Assembly: GCA_023246445.1 (NCBI GenBank)
Contig: JAHFIJ010000003.1
Coordinates: forward strand, 1 to 55,840
Direction of reading: 5' to 3'
DNA length: 55,840 bases
Source: Candidatus Woesearchaeota archaeon
GTDB lineage: Archaea; Nanobdellota; Nanobdellia; SCGC-AAA011-G17; JACQNH01
Shown here: one piece after another, positions 9,695 through 19,659 of the stretch
Position numbering within the stretch: position 1 is the first letter of the stretch
How the letters are laid out: each line of letters opens with the position of its first letter
Notes under the pieces: model-generated
Seen by the model: the letters and a program-made list of their open reading frames with translations, nothing else
Databases searched by the model: none
Told to the model about the DNA's origin: nothing
Made by a program: the position numbers and the translations under genes

Positions 9695-10118
9695 TTTCTT
9701 TACCTATTTCCTTAAGTTTATTTTTTATAATTAAATATAATTTTTGAAAAGAAGATAAAACTGCTTCCGTAACCTCTTTAACTGACTTCCCATAGATTAA
9801 TTTGTTCCTTTGATCTTCTATCGAATACATTAAGTTTAAGATTTCCTCTTTATCCGGGAAGTTAACTCCTAATTTTCTTTCTGCTAAAGGTGCAATCTTT
9901 TGTCCGGGTAATGGGGGTTTGAACCAGTCATGTTTTATCATTGTGCCTGTTGAAATCTTTCCTAAAGTATGGAGGTATAACTCCAGAAGGGAGATAGAAC
10001 ATGCAGAAGTATGCAAACCAATAGTTGCAGGTCTTTTTTCTATCCCTATTGTTATAGCATCTTCTATTTCCTGTAAATGTTCTTTTATATGCTCTTTGTG
10101 AATTTGTATCGAAACCAT
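9687..10118 (-). CDS. HEPN-like protein coupled to MNT
   Basis: Helical 143 aa with EDQRNKLIYG (R-x4-Y variant); overlaps the MNT start. Confidence 0.65.
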   Translation of the reverse strand: MVSIQIHKEHIKEHLQEIEDAITIGIEKRPATIGLHTSACSISLLELYLHTLGKISTGTMIKHDWFKPPLPGQKIAPLAERKLGVNFPDKEEILNLMYSIEDQRNKLIYGKSVKEVTEAVLSSFQKLYLIIKNKLKEIGKEIE

Positions 10119-10294
10119 ATTAGGAATAAAAGTTCCAAGTATTTATAAATATTTCGGTAGAAAAGTTCCTAGTTAGATTAAAGAGCTTCCATCTCCACAA
10201 GCTTAAATTCGGACAGTTCTGTTAATGAGACTAATCATAATTAGGACTAATCCAGATTAGTATCTAAAAGTTTCTATTTTACCGAATGTTGAGT

Positions 10295-13200
10295 TTAGGC
10301 TGCAATCTTGAATTTAGCTATATTACTGAAGGTGTCTTTGCAGATAATAAATAAGGAAGAAGAGTCCATAGAAGTCTGATGATTTAGATTGTTTTTTAAC
10401 ATTTTAACCCCTTCTCCAAATGTGAAATCTACTGTTGAAGATTCACAGTCTGCATCTTCATCTATTCCAATTGTTAGTATATTTCCCTGCTTAAATATTG
10501 AGGTTAATTGTGAAGGAACTGTATCTACCTGTATTGAGAATTTGGATTGTAAGTCTATTAAATTACCAGCTGCGTCTAAACATTTAATGAAGAAGGTATA
10601 ATCTCCTTTAGGCAATATTAAATTTTGAGTGTGTTCTGTTGAATCTGTGTTCAGAAATAAAGCCATATCTGTTACTGGAACATTCTTGTCTGAGAATGCG
10701 CATTTGGCTTTTCCATTTTCTGCGCCTTCATCAGTTCTTACTTTTAATGTGATGTTTGAGGTAAATAGAGTTATATTTGCTAATGGAGATATCAAGGTTG
10801 CCTTTAATTGCCTGGCTACTCTTAAGCTGAAAGGGAATGATTCTTCATTTGTATTTCTCTTATCTTCTGGAGCTGAAGGCTGATCTTTGCATCTGAAAAA
10901 GAATTTATTTTCTCCTAAAGCCAAATTATTTAATTTTGTTTTACATTCATATAATCCCTGGAATAATGGTATTCTTGATGCTGAAGACGTAACACAAGTG
11001 AAATTATTCTGCATATTTTTGAAATCTATATCAAATTTATCCCATTTACATTCTGATGGTTCATTTAGGAATATAGATAAATCAGTTTCTGTAGTATTAA
11101 ATTGTAAAAAGGAATTGTCCTGTATTGACGTTACTTCCAAAGAAGGCGCTGTTAAATCAGGGCCTTTTTCTATATTAAATTTAATGAAATAGTCTCTTTG
11201 ATTTGAGTTTCCTTTTGCATCTGTGCATCTAGTAAATAATTCAAATCTTCCGCCGTTTGTTACTTTAATTAATTCCGCTGATGTAACTTCCTGCGGCAAG
11301 GAGAATAACATTGTATGATTAGTTTTAAATGAGGGAGAGCCGAAAAAATTTGGAGGCATGGTTTCAAATTTAACTGAATGATTTAATGATACTTTACATT
11401 GTGAAGGCTCGTTTGTTGTTATTCCTATTGAAATTGCCTGGAATGGTTTGAATTGTGGTGTAATTGTGAAGCCTTCTCCTTTTTGCTCTTGAACTTTAAA
11501 TCCTGATGGCAAAGAGTTTTCATCTGGTGTTATAATTGGAGAGGTAACGTCATTTGGATGTATATCTACACATTTTTCTTCTGTTGTTCCCTGATTTACT
11601 AACTGACAAGATTGACCCAAAGATTTGCATCTGTATTCTGAACAAACTTTTCCTGGCTGGTTGCATTTATCACAGTCTGAGTTTGAAATTATTGGAGGAG
11701 CAACCCAAGGCCTGCATTCTGCTACTAAATTATCTGTTTTTTGTTTTTTTAACATCATATCTATCGCTTGGTAGATTGTGTATGCCCACATTACTGTGTT
11801 TATGACCTGGAAAACGGTTATTCCTGTTGTGCCTTTAACCTCTACTATTGCGTCTTTTGCCGATAATATTTTTTCTTCAATTTTGCCTTTGCCTGGATTT
11901 TCTAGAACGAACGCATAATCATTATTTGACATTTTGTATATAAAACCTTTTTGATTGTTAACTAAAAAAGTTCTACTCTGTTTTATTTCCCCGGTTAAAC
12001 TAGAAAATTTAATTTTACTTAAATGCCCTGCACCTGCCAAAGTCCCGCCAGTATTTGGAAATAATGCTTGAATCCCTTTACCTAATAAAGTCCCACCCAA
12101 TGGAGAAGCACCTGCAAATGAACCTGCTGTTGTAAAGTATTTTGTATAAACTCCTGCTGCTGCAATAAATGTTAATGGAACTGCTAATCTTTTCATTAAA
12201 TCTGTAAATTCATATCTGCTGTCTTTTGTTTTGGAAGATTTTGAAAATGTTGTGAAATCTGATAAGTCTGCCAACTCCAAAGCAAATTTATTTGAGTTTT
12301 CTGAAAAGCCTTCAAATGTTGCTTTCCCTTCTATATTAAAATATGCACCACAATCGCCTATTGCCTTGCATACATTATTAGAGCCAACAATCCACTCTCT
12401 TGTTAAACAGTTGCAATTTTCCAGGCATTCATAACCGCCTGTGCCAAATACTCTGTCTATTCCACCCTTCTCATATTTAACAGAACATTTTTGCGTTGCC
12501 TGAGCGCATAAAGTTAAGCCTGCTGTCTGTGTAGTTGTTGCCTGATTAAATGCTGCCTGCGGATTTAAAGGTGATGCTAATGATGTAGAAGAACCTGCAG
12601 GGGTATTTTCAGCTAGGCCTGCTTCCCAGAATCTAATACCCGGGGAAATATGCGGAACACAAAAACCGCCGCCATCTTCCGGAGAAACTCTTAAGTCAGA
12701 TACGCCAAATGGAGCCCAGAAACAATCTCTTAATGCTAAATTATCACAGGCTTTTTTTCTACAGCATGCTATCTCTCTTTGCTTTTTTATAGCATCGCAG
12801 TCACCATCTTTACAGCCAGATATTTGAAATTTTGCAAAGTCACAGTCTGCACCACAACCACCAATTTGAATTTGATTTGCTGCATTGCAGGTTTCCCACC
12901 TATTATCACGACAAGCTGCTTCTATATATTTTCCTGAACCAGTTAAAAATAATGTCTGAAAATTATCAAAGGGTGGCTCTCCGGAATTACCCTGAACGCA
13001 AATTTCTTCACGAAAGTCTGCACATTCATCTGTAATTTCCTGGCCATCTATACAAATTTTTCTTAAATGCCTTGAGCCTACTAAATCTCTTCCAAAGCCT
13101 ACAGGACCATCATAATTACACCATGATTCGCCTGCTTTTTTCGGGCCGCCTGAAGCAGGAGATGTGGGAGATTTGAAAACATCCTGGGCTGAACAAGCAA

Positions 13201-14203
13201 TTGATTTACAAGTGAATTTTCCAAATGTAGGGGATTTATCACGAGAAGCTTCTTTGCATAGAGTTGATTTAGCAAAATCACAATTGCCACAATTAGAATC
13301 TTCCGGATTTGATAAAGAGCAGGATTGTTCTTTACTTAAAATAAAGCCATTATTAAATGAAGCTCTTTTATCTGAAGAATAAATATTTTCAGGATTGCCG
13401 CAGGAATCCAACCAATAAACTTCATCCTTATCTGATAAACAGCCTGTTGTTTTCTGCCTTGCACAGGTAGTTCCTAATACAGGATTAGAGCATAAAAAAT
13501 CCTTGTGAAATCCAACTGTAGATTTATTTACACCTGATAATGGAGAATCTGTTGTAGTAATCTCAACACCACATGATTCTCTTGTTGTAAAAACACAGGT
13601 ATTATCCGGCTTAACACAAGCACCTCTGTCTAAGGAGCGGCATTGATTTATACAAGCTAATTCTGTATTAATATTAGATAAAAATGTTGAATTAACATCT
13701 GCAAAATTTGAAGTTTCTCTTTTACATCTTGTTTGTGTAACAAAAGAACATTCATTTGATAAAACGCAGCATCCTTTAGTGCAAGGGAGAATGTTACAGT
13801 CTGCACCTTCTTTCCATGTTGAATTGGATTGAGATTCACATAGGCTTCTTGGTGTATTCTTAAAGCAATTGCCGGAGTTTTCATTAAAACAACATCCAGT
13901 CTTGCAAAAGCTGGTTTGATCACATGAAGTTGGAGCTGATAAAAATGAAGAGTCACATTCTGAAGCATTTGTGAAAACACATGATGAGCCTGTTTTGGTT
14001 TTTTGACAGCAGGATTTTTGATCTCCTGAGATAACGGTTTGTGCAGATACTGGAGAAGAGAATAAATCAATAGTTAAGAATGGTGTAAATAACAAGATTA
14101 AGATTTCAAATATAGCATAAAATTTTTTTTTAGGACAACCCTTTTTAATAAACATTAATGAAATAAAATTTCTTATTACTTCAAACGATCCAAGATATGT
14201 CAT
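10295..14203 (-). CDS. Giant Cys-rich secreted protein with central hydrophobic region and C-terminal Ig-like repeats
   Basis: Signal peptide (VSA/Q), CC-x-KTKTG and GCC repeats, GESWC..GSRH, D-x-T-x-P linkers between beta-rich domains. Confidence 0.85.
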   Translation of the reverse strand: MTYLGSFEVIRNFISLMFIKKGCPKKKFYAIFEILILLFTPFLTIDLFSSPVSAQTVISGDQKSCCQKTKTGSSCVFTNASECDSSFLSAPTSCDQTSFCKTGCCFNENSGNCFKNTPRSLCESQSNSTWKEGADCNILPCTKGCCVLSNECSFVTQTRCKRETSNFADVNSTFLSNINTELACINQCRSLDRGACVKPDNTCVFTTRESCGVEITTTDSPLSGVNKSTVGFHKDFLCSNPVLGTTCARQKTTGCLSDKDEVYWLDSCGNPENIYSSDKRASFNNGFILSKEQSCSLSNPEDSNCGNCDFAKSTLCKEASRDKSPTFGKFTCKSIACSAQDVFKSPTSPASGGPKKAGESWCNYDGPVGFGRDLVGSRHLRKICIDGQEITDECADFREEICVQGNSGEPPFDNFQTLFLTGSGKYIEAACRDNRWETCNAANQIQIGGCGADCDFAKFQISGCKDGDCDAIKKQREIACCRKKACDNLALRDCFWAPFGVSDLRVSPEDGGGFCVPHISPGIRFWEAGLAENTPAGSSTSLASPLNPQAAFNQATTTQTAGLTLCAQATQKCSVKYEKGGIDRVFGTGGYECLENCNCLTREWIVGSNNVCKAIGDCGAYFNIEGKATFEGFSENSNKFALELADLSDFTTFSKSSKTKDSRYEFTDLMKRLAVPLTFIAAAGVYTKYFTTAGSFAGASPLGGTLLGKGIQALFPNTGGTLAGAGHLSKIKFSSLTGEIKQSRTFLVNNQKGFIYKMSNNDYAFVLENPGKGKIEEKILSAKDAIVEVKGTTGITVFQVINTVMWAYTIYQAIDMMLKKQKTDNLVAECRPWVAPPIISNSDCDKCNQPGKVCSEYRCKSLGQSCQLVNQGTTEEKCVDIHPNDVTSPIITPDENSLPSGFKVQEQKGEGFTITPQFKPFQAISIGITTNEPSQCKVSLNHSVKFETMPPNFFGSPSFKTNHTMLFSLPQEVTSAELIKVTNGGRFELFTRCTDAKGNSNQRDYFIKFNIEKGPDLTAPSLEVTSIQDNSFLQFNTTETDLSIFLNEPSECKWDKFDIDFKNMQNNFTCVTSSASRIPLFQGLYECKTKLNNLALGENKFFFRCKDQPSAPEDKRNTNEESFPFSLRVARQLKATLISPLANITLFTSNITLKVRTDEGAENGKAKCAFSDKNVPVTDMALFLNTDSTEHTQNLILPKGDYTFFIKCLDAAGNLIDLQSKFSIQVDTVPSQLTSIFKQGNILTIGIDEDADCESSTVDFTFGEGVKMLKNNLNHQTSMDSSSLFIICKDTFSNIAKFKIAA

Positions 14204-14204
14204 T

Positions 14205-14981
14205 TTAACCGGGTTCTCCCTGGATAAAGAATTGGAATCTAAATGGATTATTATTTGTTTTTAAGATGTATAATTTATCCGGATAAGGTTTTTTAAGCTC
14301 AATTAAAATTTTACCTTTATGCGTTATCATATACAATAATTGCTCGAAATTACCAAACTCTGCTTCTGTATCTATAACCTGGTTTACAGCAACATCATAT
14401 AAAGAGCCTAAAGGATAATCCAAGGCTGTGGAAAAGTCCTGAACTGTTAATTGTGCACCTGATCTTGATGTTAATACAACAGGATAATTTACTTTTACCA
14501 AAACCTTGTCTTTTTCTATATTAACATCTGTTTTTAATTTTTTAGGAGTTTGTATTGAAAACCCACTGCTAAAGCCTTTACAACTTTGGACATTAACACA
14601 AGACTGCAAAGCGAAATCCAAAGCGTTTTCTAATTGCTTTTCCATTTCTTCTTTTGTCAGCATCCTATTAATACATTCATCCCTTCCAGGAATATTGTAG
14701 CATAAAACTGAAACTCTAGAGCCATTAAATAATCTGAAAGTATCTGGCGGGGTATTTAAGTAACCGCCTTGCTTTCCTATTAAATTAATATAATCCGGAG
14801 CAACTCTTCCAATACAATCGGTAATAATTTTTTGAGGGCAATCTGTTTCTTTCTGCAAATCTTCTATTTTTGGTGGAGTAATGAAAGAGGATCTTAGATA
14901 GAAGGCTATAGATAACAGAATCAATATAATTATCCCTACTGTAATTAATAGGGTAGCTTGACCCCTTTTTTTTAATATCAT
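14205..14981 (-). CDS. Class III signal-peptide protein
   Basis: KKRG/QATLLITVGIIILILL; IGKQGGY motif. Confidence 0.75.
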   Translation of the reverse strand: MILKKRGQATLLITVGIIILILLSIAFYLRSSFITPPKIEDLQKETDCPQKIITDCIGRVAPDYINLIGKQGGYLNTPPDTFRLFNGSRVSVLCYNIPGRDECINRMLTKEEMEKQLENALDFALQSCVNVQSCKGFSSGFSIQTPKKLKTDVNIEKDKVLVKVNYPVVLTSRSGAQLTVQDFSTALDYPLGSLYDVAVNQVIDTEAEFGNFEQLLYMITHKGKILIELKKPYPDKLYILKTNNNPFRFQFFIQGEPG

Positions 14982-15078
14982 AGATAAATCTTTATAAAGT
15001 AAATATATAAATATTACTGTTTGATTTTAGATATAGTATAACCCTCTGTTATATGAAATTTAATTTTCAAATCCTAGA

Positions 15079-15555
15079 ATGATAAGTAATATAAAGAACT
15101 CCGCCTTAAACAATAATATGAATGACGAACGCTTCATGAAATTAGCAATTGAACAAGCTAAAAACGCACCTTTTCCGTTTGGTTGTGTTTTAGTTAAAGA
15201 CAAGCAGATTATTTCTAGTGGAAAATCAGGTAAAACCAATAATTTTGACCCCACAGCTCATGCAGAAATTAATGCGATAAGAGATGCGTGTAAATCACTA
15301 CATTCCAAAGATTTAAATGGGGTTACTTTATATTCTACTTGTGAGCCTTGCCCTATGTGTTTTTCTGCTTCATGGTGGGCAAATATTAGTAGAATCGTCT
15401 TTGGAATTTCATTAAAAGAATCTTCAAAATTATTTGGTAAAGAAATGCTTGTTAGCACTAAATATCTTAATAGAAAAGGTGCTAATAAAATTGAAATAAA
15501 AGGCGGGGTTCTAAAAGAGGAAATCTTTAAACTATATGACAGATTTGAAAATTAA
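15079..15555 (+). CDS. Nucleoside deaminase (guanine deaminase/TadA-like); likely start at 15118
   Basis: PFGCV, DPTAHAE, CEPCPMC zinc motifs. Confidence 0.9.
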   Translation: MISNIKNSALNNNMNDERFMKLAIEQAKNAPFPFGCVLVKDKQIISSGKSGKTNNFDPTAHAEINAIRDACKSLHSKDLNGVTLYSTCEPCPMCFSASWWANISRIVFGISLKESSKLFGKEMLVSTKYLNRKGANKIEIKGGVLKEEIFKLYDRFEN

Positions 15556-15618
15556 ATTTCTCCGCTTTTTTTCTTCTGAAAAAAATACTCGACCCAATTG
15601 CATTCTCACTTCGTTCGG

Positions 15619-15712
15619 GTCGCTTAACACGTGATTTAGCGGTTCCGTCCTTGCAGTCCTTCAACCCAAATTTCCTTTATTGAAACTTCGTTAAATCCTA
15701 AAGTTAGGCGAC
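15619..15712 (+). mobile_element. Integron attC-like recombination site
   Basis: R'' GCTTAAC (15622-28), 5 nt, ATTTAGC ... GTTAAAT, 6 nt, R' GTTAGGC (15703-09); ends complementary (GTCGCTTAAC/GTTAGGCGAC). Confidence 0.7.
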
Positions 15713-15852
15713 ATATTACTCGGTGGGCTCGAAAACGATTACGAATATTTTTCTTTCAGAAAAATTATGGTGTCGGCTCGAAGTCGCTTACGTGACAGAT
15801 AGCTGAAAACCTGCGGATTTTTAGATTAGTAGACCGAAAAGCTTAAATACTA

Positions 15853-15884
15853 AAGTGAATAACATTATTCATTAAGTGAATAAC
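15853..15884 (+). promoter_or_regulatory. Putative operator of HTH-MNT/HEPN operon
   Basis: AAGTGAATAAC direct repeat (21-bp period) with an inverted partial copy between, located between TATA-like CTTAAATA and the ATG. Confidence 0.55.
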
Positions 15885-15888
15885 TAAA

Positions 15889-16509
15889 ATGAGACAAAAA
15901 ACATTATTAAAGATTATAGAACTGATGAGAACTAAACTAGACAAGGGGCTAACTATACTGGAAATTTCTAAAAAACTGAAAATTGGCTACCGACCAGCAC
16001 ATATGCATATTACCAACATGGAAAAAGAAGGGATAATAAAAATTGAAAAAGTTGGAAGTGCTAAGCAATGTTCTCTCAATTTGGGAAATGCAAATACAAG
16101 ACATCTTTTAGAAGAAGTAGATATATCAAGAAAGGAAGAGCTATATCAAAAGAACCCTAAGTTAAAAATTATAGACAAACTAATCTCAAAATTAACGGAA
16201 AAGTTCATCTCTGAAATTCATTCTATTGTTTTGTTCGGAAGTTATGCCAAAGGAACAGCAACAAACCAATCGGATATTGATATCTTGTTTATAGTAGGCA
16301 ATATTGGAGATAAAAATTTAAGAGAAGAGATAGAAAGAGAGAGTGCAAGTTATCAATATTCTCATAATATAAAAATAAGCCCCCTAATCACAAATATTAT
16401 GGAATTTCAAAAAATGCTAAAGGCGAAAGAATTAAATGTTGGAAAAGAAACAAGAGAATATGGAATATCTTTGTATGGACATGAAATATTTTGGAGGATT
16501 ATGGTATGA
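15889..16509 (+). CDS. wHTH-MNT nucleotidyltransferase antitoxin
   Basis: N-terminal HTH (LTILEISKKLKIGY), LFGSYAKG...SDIDIL. Confidence 0.85.
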   Translation: MRQKTLLKIIELMRTKLDKGLTILEISKKLKIGYRPAHMHITNMEKEGIIKIEKVGSAKQCSLNLGNANTRHLLEEVDISRKEELYQKNPKLKIIDKLISKLTEKFISEIHSIVLFGSYAKGTATNQSDIDILFIVGNIGDKNLREEIERESASYQYSHNIKISPLITNIMEFQKMLKAKELNVGKETREYGISLYGHEIFWRIMV

Positions 16510-17063
16510 AAAATAGAGGTGAAGTTTTAAGGAAGAAGATTGATAGATATTTGAGAAAAGAACAGCTTTTTCAAGATGAAGAACATAAAAAACTGGAAAA
16601 AGCTTTTTTAACAAAATCAAGAAAGAACTTTACTGTTGCTAATCTCATCTTTAAAATATCTGAACAAGAAGGCATAAGAAAATTACTTTCTCTTGCTTCT
16701 GATTTTGAAATGTATGACTGGGTGATTATCGTCTCTTATTATGCAATGTATACTTCTGCTTTATCTGCATTAGCGAAACTTGGATTTAAGTCAAAAAGCC
16801 ATGCAGCAACAATAACTGTTCTTGAGCATCATTATGTAAATGGGAGTAAAGATAATGGTAAATCTTTGGAACAAAAAGATATTCATAAATTGGTAAAAGC
16901 TTATGCTATAAGTGAACAACTTATAACAAAGTTAATTCAAACCAAAACAAAAAGAGAAACTGCTCAATATGATGCAACCCCCTCAATTACGAAAGAAAAT
17001 GCAAAAACAGCTTTACATGATTCAGAAGAATTTATTACAAAGATTGAAGAGATCTTGACTTAG
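16491..17063 (+). CDS. HEPN-domain protein (likely start 16506)
   Basis: WVIIVSYYAMY, KSH, KRETAQY motifs; ATGA overlap with MNT. Confidence 0.8.
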   Translation: MEDYGMKNRGEVLRKKIDRYLRKEQLFQDEEHKKLEKAFLTKSRKNFTVANLIFKISEQEGIRKLLSLASDFEMYDWVIIVSYYAMYTSALSALAKLGFKSKSHAATITVLEHHYVNGSKDNGKSLEQKDIHKLVKAYAISEQLITKLIQTKTKRETAQYDATPSITKENAKTALHDSEEFITKIEEILT

Positions 17064-17485
17064 GTAGTGGCCTCTTTCCACAGTAACTCGAAATAATTTC
17101 TATAAGAATCTGCCACTTCCTTGCTTATGATTAAAGTAGCAATTGGAGTTTCGCTCCAAACAATAATCGCGGTTTTATCATCATAAATAAAAGTGGTTGT
17201 AGGAGAAGAAAACTCATCTTTAAAATATCTGAATTTTGTAAAAGCAATTTTTACTTGTTCTGTATTCTTTGAACTTTTAGATAAAATTACTCTTGCATCA
17301 ATCTTTAATTCTTTTTTCTGCTTTTGGAATATCTCAAAATCATGTTTCATTATCTCTAAAAATCTCCCTGATGAGCCAAAAGCAACATATTCTTTATAGT
17401 TCAGAATATCTTGGAGTATTGATTTTATACCTTTTCTGCCTCTAAATATATCAGATTCTTCCTTTTCTTTTGATTCTTTAAACAC
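17060..17485 (-). pseudogene. C-terminal fragment of TrmB-like transcriptional regulator
   Basis: FRGRKGIKSILQDIL...TFIYDDKTAII...YRNYFELLWK; N-terminal HTH missing. Confidence 0.7.
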
Positions 17486-17584
17486 AGAATTTAATTCAGG
17501 CAGAATTTCTTGCTTATTTTCATATTTTCAGTTAAGCAAGAACCTTTTCTTAATCGAGATGTTATGTCTAATTCAGAATTCGGC

Positions 17585-17935
17585 CTACTCTACTTTGGCA
17601 AATCCATTGAAATGAATTTTAGAATCTTCATGGTCAAATACTTCAACAACTTTATATTTCCCTTTTGTGAATGGCTCACCATCTAATAGAAAATGTGTTG
17701 CTTCCAAAATTATAATGCTCGCCAAGGGTTTTGAAAGTTGTTGATTCCCTTTTGTTTCTAATAATGGAATCTCTCCTTCAATCCAATAATTCCTTTGACC
17801 CTTCTTTAGAAATTCATGGATTTGCTCATTAACAAGATTTTCAGGAATACACTCTTCTTCTTTTCTATTTCCTTTTTTGAATTCTTCAATATTTCTTAAT
17901 GCCAAATCAGGATTGTATTCTGTTTGTATGCCCAT
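17585..17935 (-). CDS. Conserved hypothetical protein
   Basis: 116-aa ORF MGIQTEYNPDLALR...; TATA box about 24 nt upstream. Confidence 0.75.
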   Translation of the reverse strand: MGIQTEYNPDLALRNIEEFKKGNRKEEECIPENLVNEQIHEFLKKGQRNYWIEGEIPLLETKGNQQLSKPLASIIILEATHFLLDGEPFTKGKYKVVEVFDHEDSKIHFNGFAKVE

Positions 17936-17958
17936 AACCGAACAGAAAATCTTGTATT

Positions 17959-18038
17959 TATATAAATGTAATCCTTTTTTACTCTTAACTGATTGGGATA
18001 TAGTGATATTTGTTGATATTTTTTAATTTGTAATAACT
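17959..18038. repeat. 80-bp direct repeat copy 1 (about 91% identical to 19660-19740)
   Basis: TATATAAATGTAAT...ACTCTTAAC...TTGTTGATATTTTTTAATTTGTAAT. Confidence 0.9.
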
Positions 18039-18232
18039 CTATTTCTAATGTTATTTTAGACTCTTTAGTCGTTTCTTAGTTTTTACAATATTTTTGTAAT
18101 ATTTACGAATTTTTGTCAAAAATACGCAATTCATCTCAAGACCTAAAGGAATGAGATTTCTTGCTTAGAAGATCTTAAAGTTTACTTTACAGTGTAGAAA
18201 GGATTTTAAACTGTTTACACTAGTTAAATTTT

Positions 18233-18619
18233 ATGGAAGGGCAAATAAAATTTTTTTTGGAAAAATTGAAAGAGATGTCTGATCTTGGTAGTGTTAAATT
18301 TGTTTTTTTATTTGGTTCTTATGGGCAAGGAAAACAAAATAAACTATCTGATATTGACTTTGCTGTGTATTATGATGGCGAGGGTAAAGAGAGATTTAAA
18401 TTCAGATTGAAGCTTACTGCTAAATTACCTAACAATTATGACATACAGATATTCCAGGATTTACCTCTATTTGTAAGAAAGGAGGTTTTGAAGGGTAAAT
18501 TGATATATACAAGGGATTTAATTTTTGTGTATGATAAAGCCTATGAAACAATAAAGGAGTTTGATCATTTTAAGAAATATTATTATGATTATATAAGGCA
18601 CAGGAGATTAAGAATATGA
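18233..18619 (+). CDS. MNT antitoxin (type VII TA, MntA-like)
   Basis: FLFGSYGQG...SDIDFAV. Confidence 0.88.
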   Translation: MEGQIKFFLEKLKEMSDLGSVKFVFLFGSYGQGKQNKLSDIDFAVYYDGEGKERFKFRLKLTAKLPNNYDIQIFQDLPLFVRKEVLKGKLIYTRDLIFVYDKAYETIKEFDHFKKYYYDYIRHRRLRI

Positions 18620-19035
18620 GGAAGGAAATAATTGAAAGTAAGCTAGCTAAAATTACTGATAGTTTGAATGTTATAGTGGAAAATATGCCCGAGGAATATG
18701 AAGATTTTATTAAATTAGGGCTGATAAAAGAGGGCTTATATAAAAAAGTTGAATTTGCAATAGAAACTATTCTTGATATCTGTGCTGTAATAAATTCGGA
18801 TTTGGGCTTGGGGATGCCTGAAGTAGAAGATGATATCCTTGATAATTTAGAGAAAAAAAGAGTCTTGAAAAAAGAAGTAATTGCAAAAATAAGGGAAATG
18901 AAAGGGTTTAGAAATTTGCTTGTTCACAAATATGGTGATGTAGACGATAAAAAGGCATTTGATAATCTAAAAGAAGGCATAGAAGATTTTGATATAGCCA
19001 TGAAGGATATTGAGAATGTTCTTAAAAGATATTAA
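18616..19035 (+). CDS. HEPN/DUF86 RNase toxin (HepT-like)
   Basis: GFRNLLVHKY R-x4-H motif. Confidence 0.9.
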   Translation: MRKEIIESKLAKITDSLNVIVENMPEEYEDFIKLGLIKEGLYKKVEFAIETILDICAVINSDLGLGMPEVEDDILDNLEKKRVLKKEVIAKIREMKGFRNLLVHKYGDVDDKKAFDNLKEGIEDFDIAMKDIENVLKRY

Positions 19036-19093
19036 TTTGTTATAACTTTGCAAAATTGTAGATCTTATAAATAAGAGAGTTATGTATTATAGT

Positions 19094-19258
19094 ATGAGGA
19101 TGCGAGTAAAAACTGTCAAAGAAAGCGAGTATAATGAATTGAAAAAAAAGGCCGAGCTAAATGAAGACTTGTTAACTCAGTTAGTAAGTGGATTAGAAGA
19201 TATAAAGGCTGGAAGAATAAAACCTTGGAAAAGAACTACAAACCGATCTTCTTCTTAA
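19094..19258 (+). CDS. Small orphan antitoxin-like protein (54 aa, not in ORF track)
   Basis: MRMRVKTVKESEYNELKKKAELNEDLLTQLVSGLEDIKAGRIKPW...; TATA upstream; no toxin follows. Confidence 0.55.
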   Translation: MRMRVKTVKESEYNELKKKAELNEDLLTQLVSGLEDIKAGRIKPWKRTTNRSSS

Positions 19259-19324
19259 TTTCTTCTCTGTAAGAATGTGCAGGTAATTCTATTAATAGCG
19301 GCCATATTCAATTGAAAAAGAACT

Positions 19325-19639
19325 TTATTTCTTCTGATATCGATTATTATCCCGATTATAACATTTATCCATGACTTGCTTCCATGCTTCTTCAAGATTT
19401 ACCCCATTTGAGTTTGCAAGACAACATAATGTAAAAATCACGTCTGCAATTTCAGTTCCCAGTTCCTGCTCTTTTTCAGAACTTTTCTTCTTTTTTGGGC
19501 CATGTAAATGGTTAACTTCTCTCGCCAGTTCACCTATTTCTTCCATAAGTCTTGCTAAAATTTCATGAGGTTTCCAATATTGTGGCTCGAACTGGGAAGT
19601 CCATTGGTCTACTTCATCTTGCAAATTTTTTAGTGCCAT
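19325..19639 (-). CDS. MazG-like nucleotide pyrophosphohydrolase (YpjD-like)
   Basis: LMEEIGELARE...EIADV motif. Confidence 0.9.
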   Translation of the reverse strand: MALKNLQDEVDQWTSQFEPQYWKPHEILARLMEEIGELAREVNHLHGPKKKKSSEKEQELGTEIADVIFTLCCLANSNGVNLEEAWKQVMDKCYNRDNNRYQKK

Positions 19640-19659
19640 GGATAAATGAAGTTACAGGA

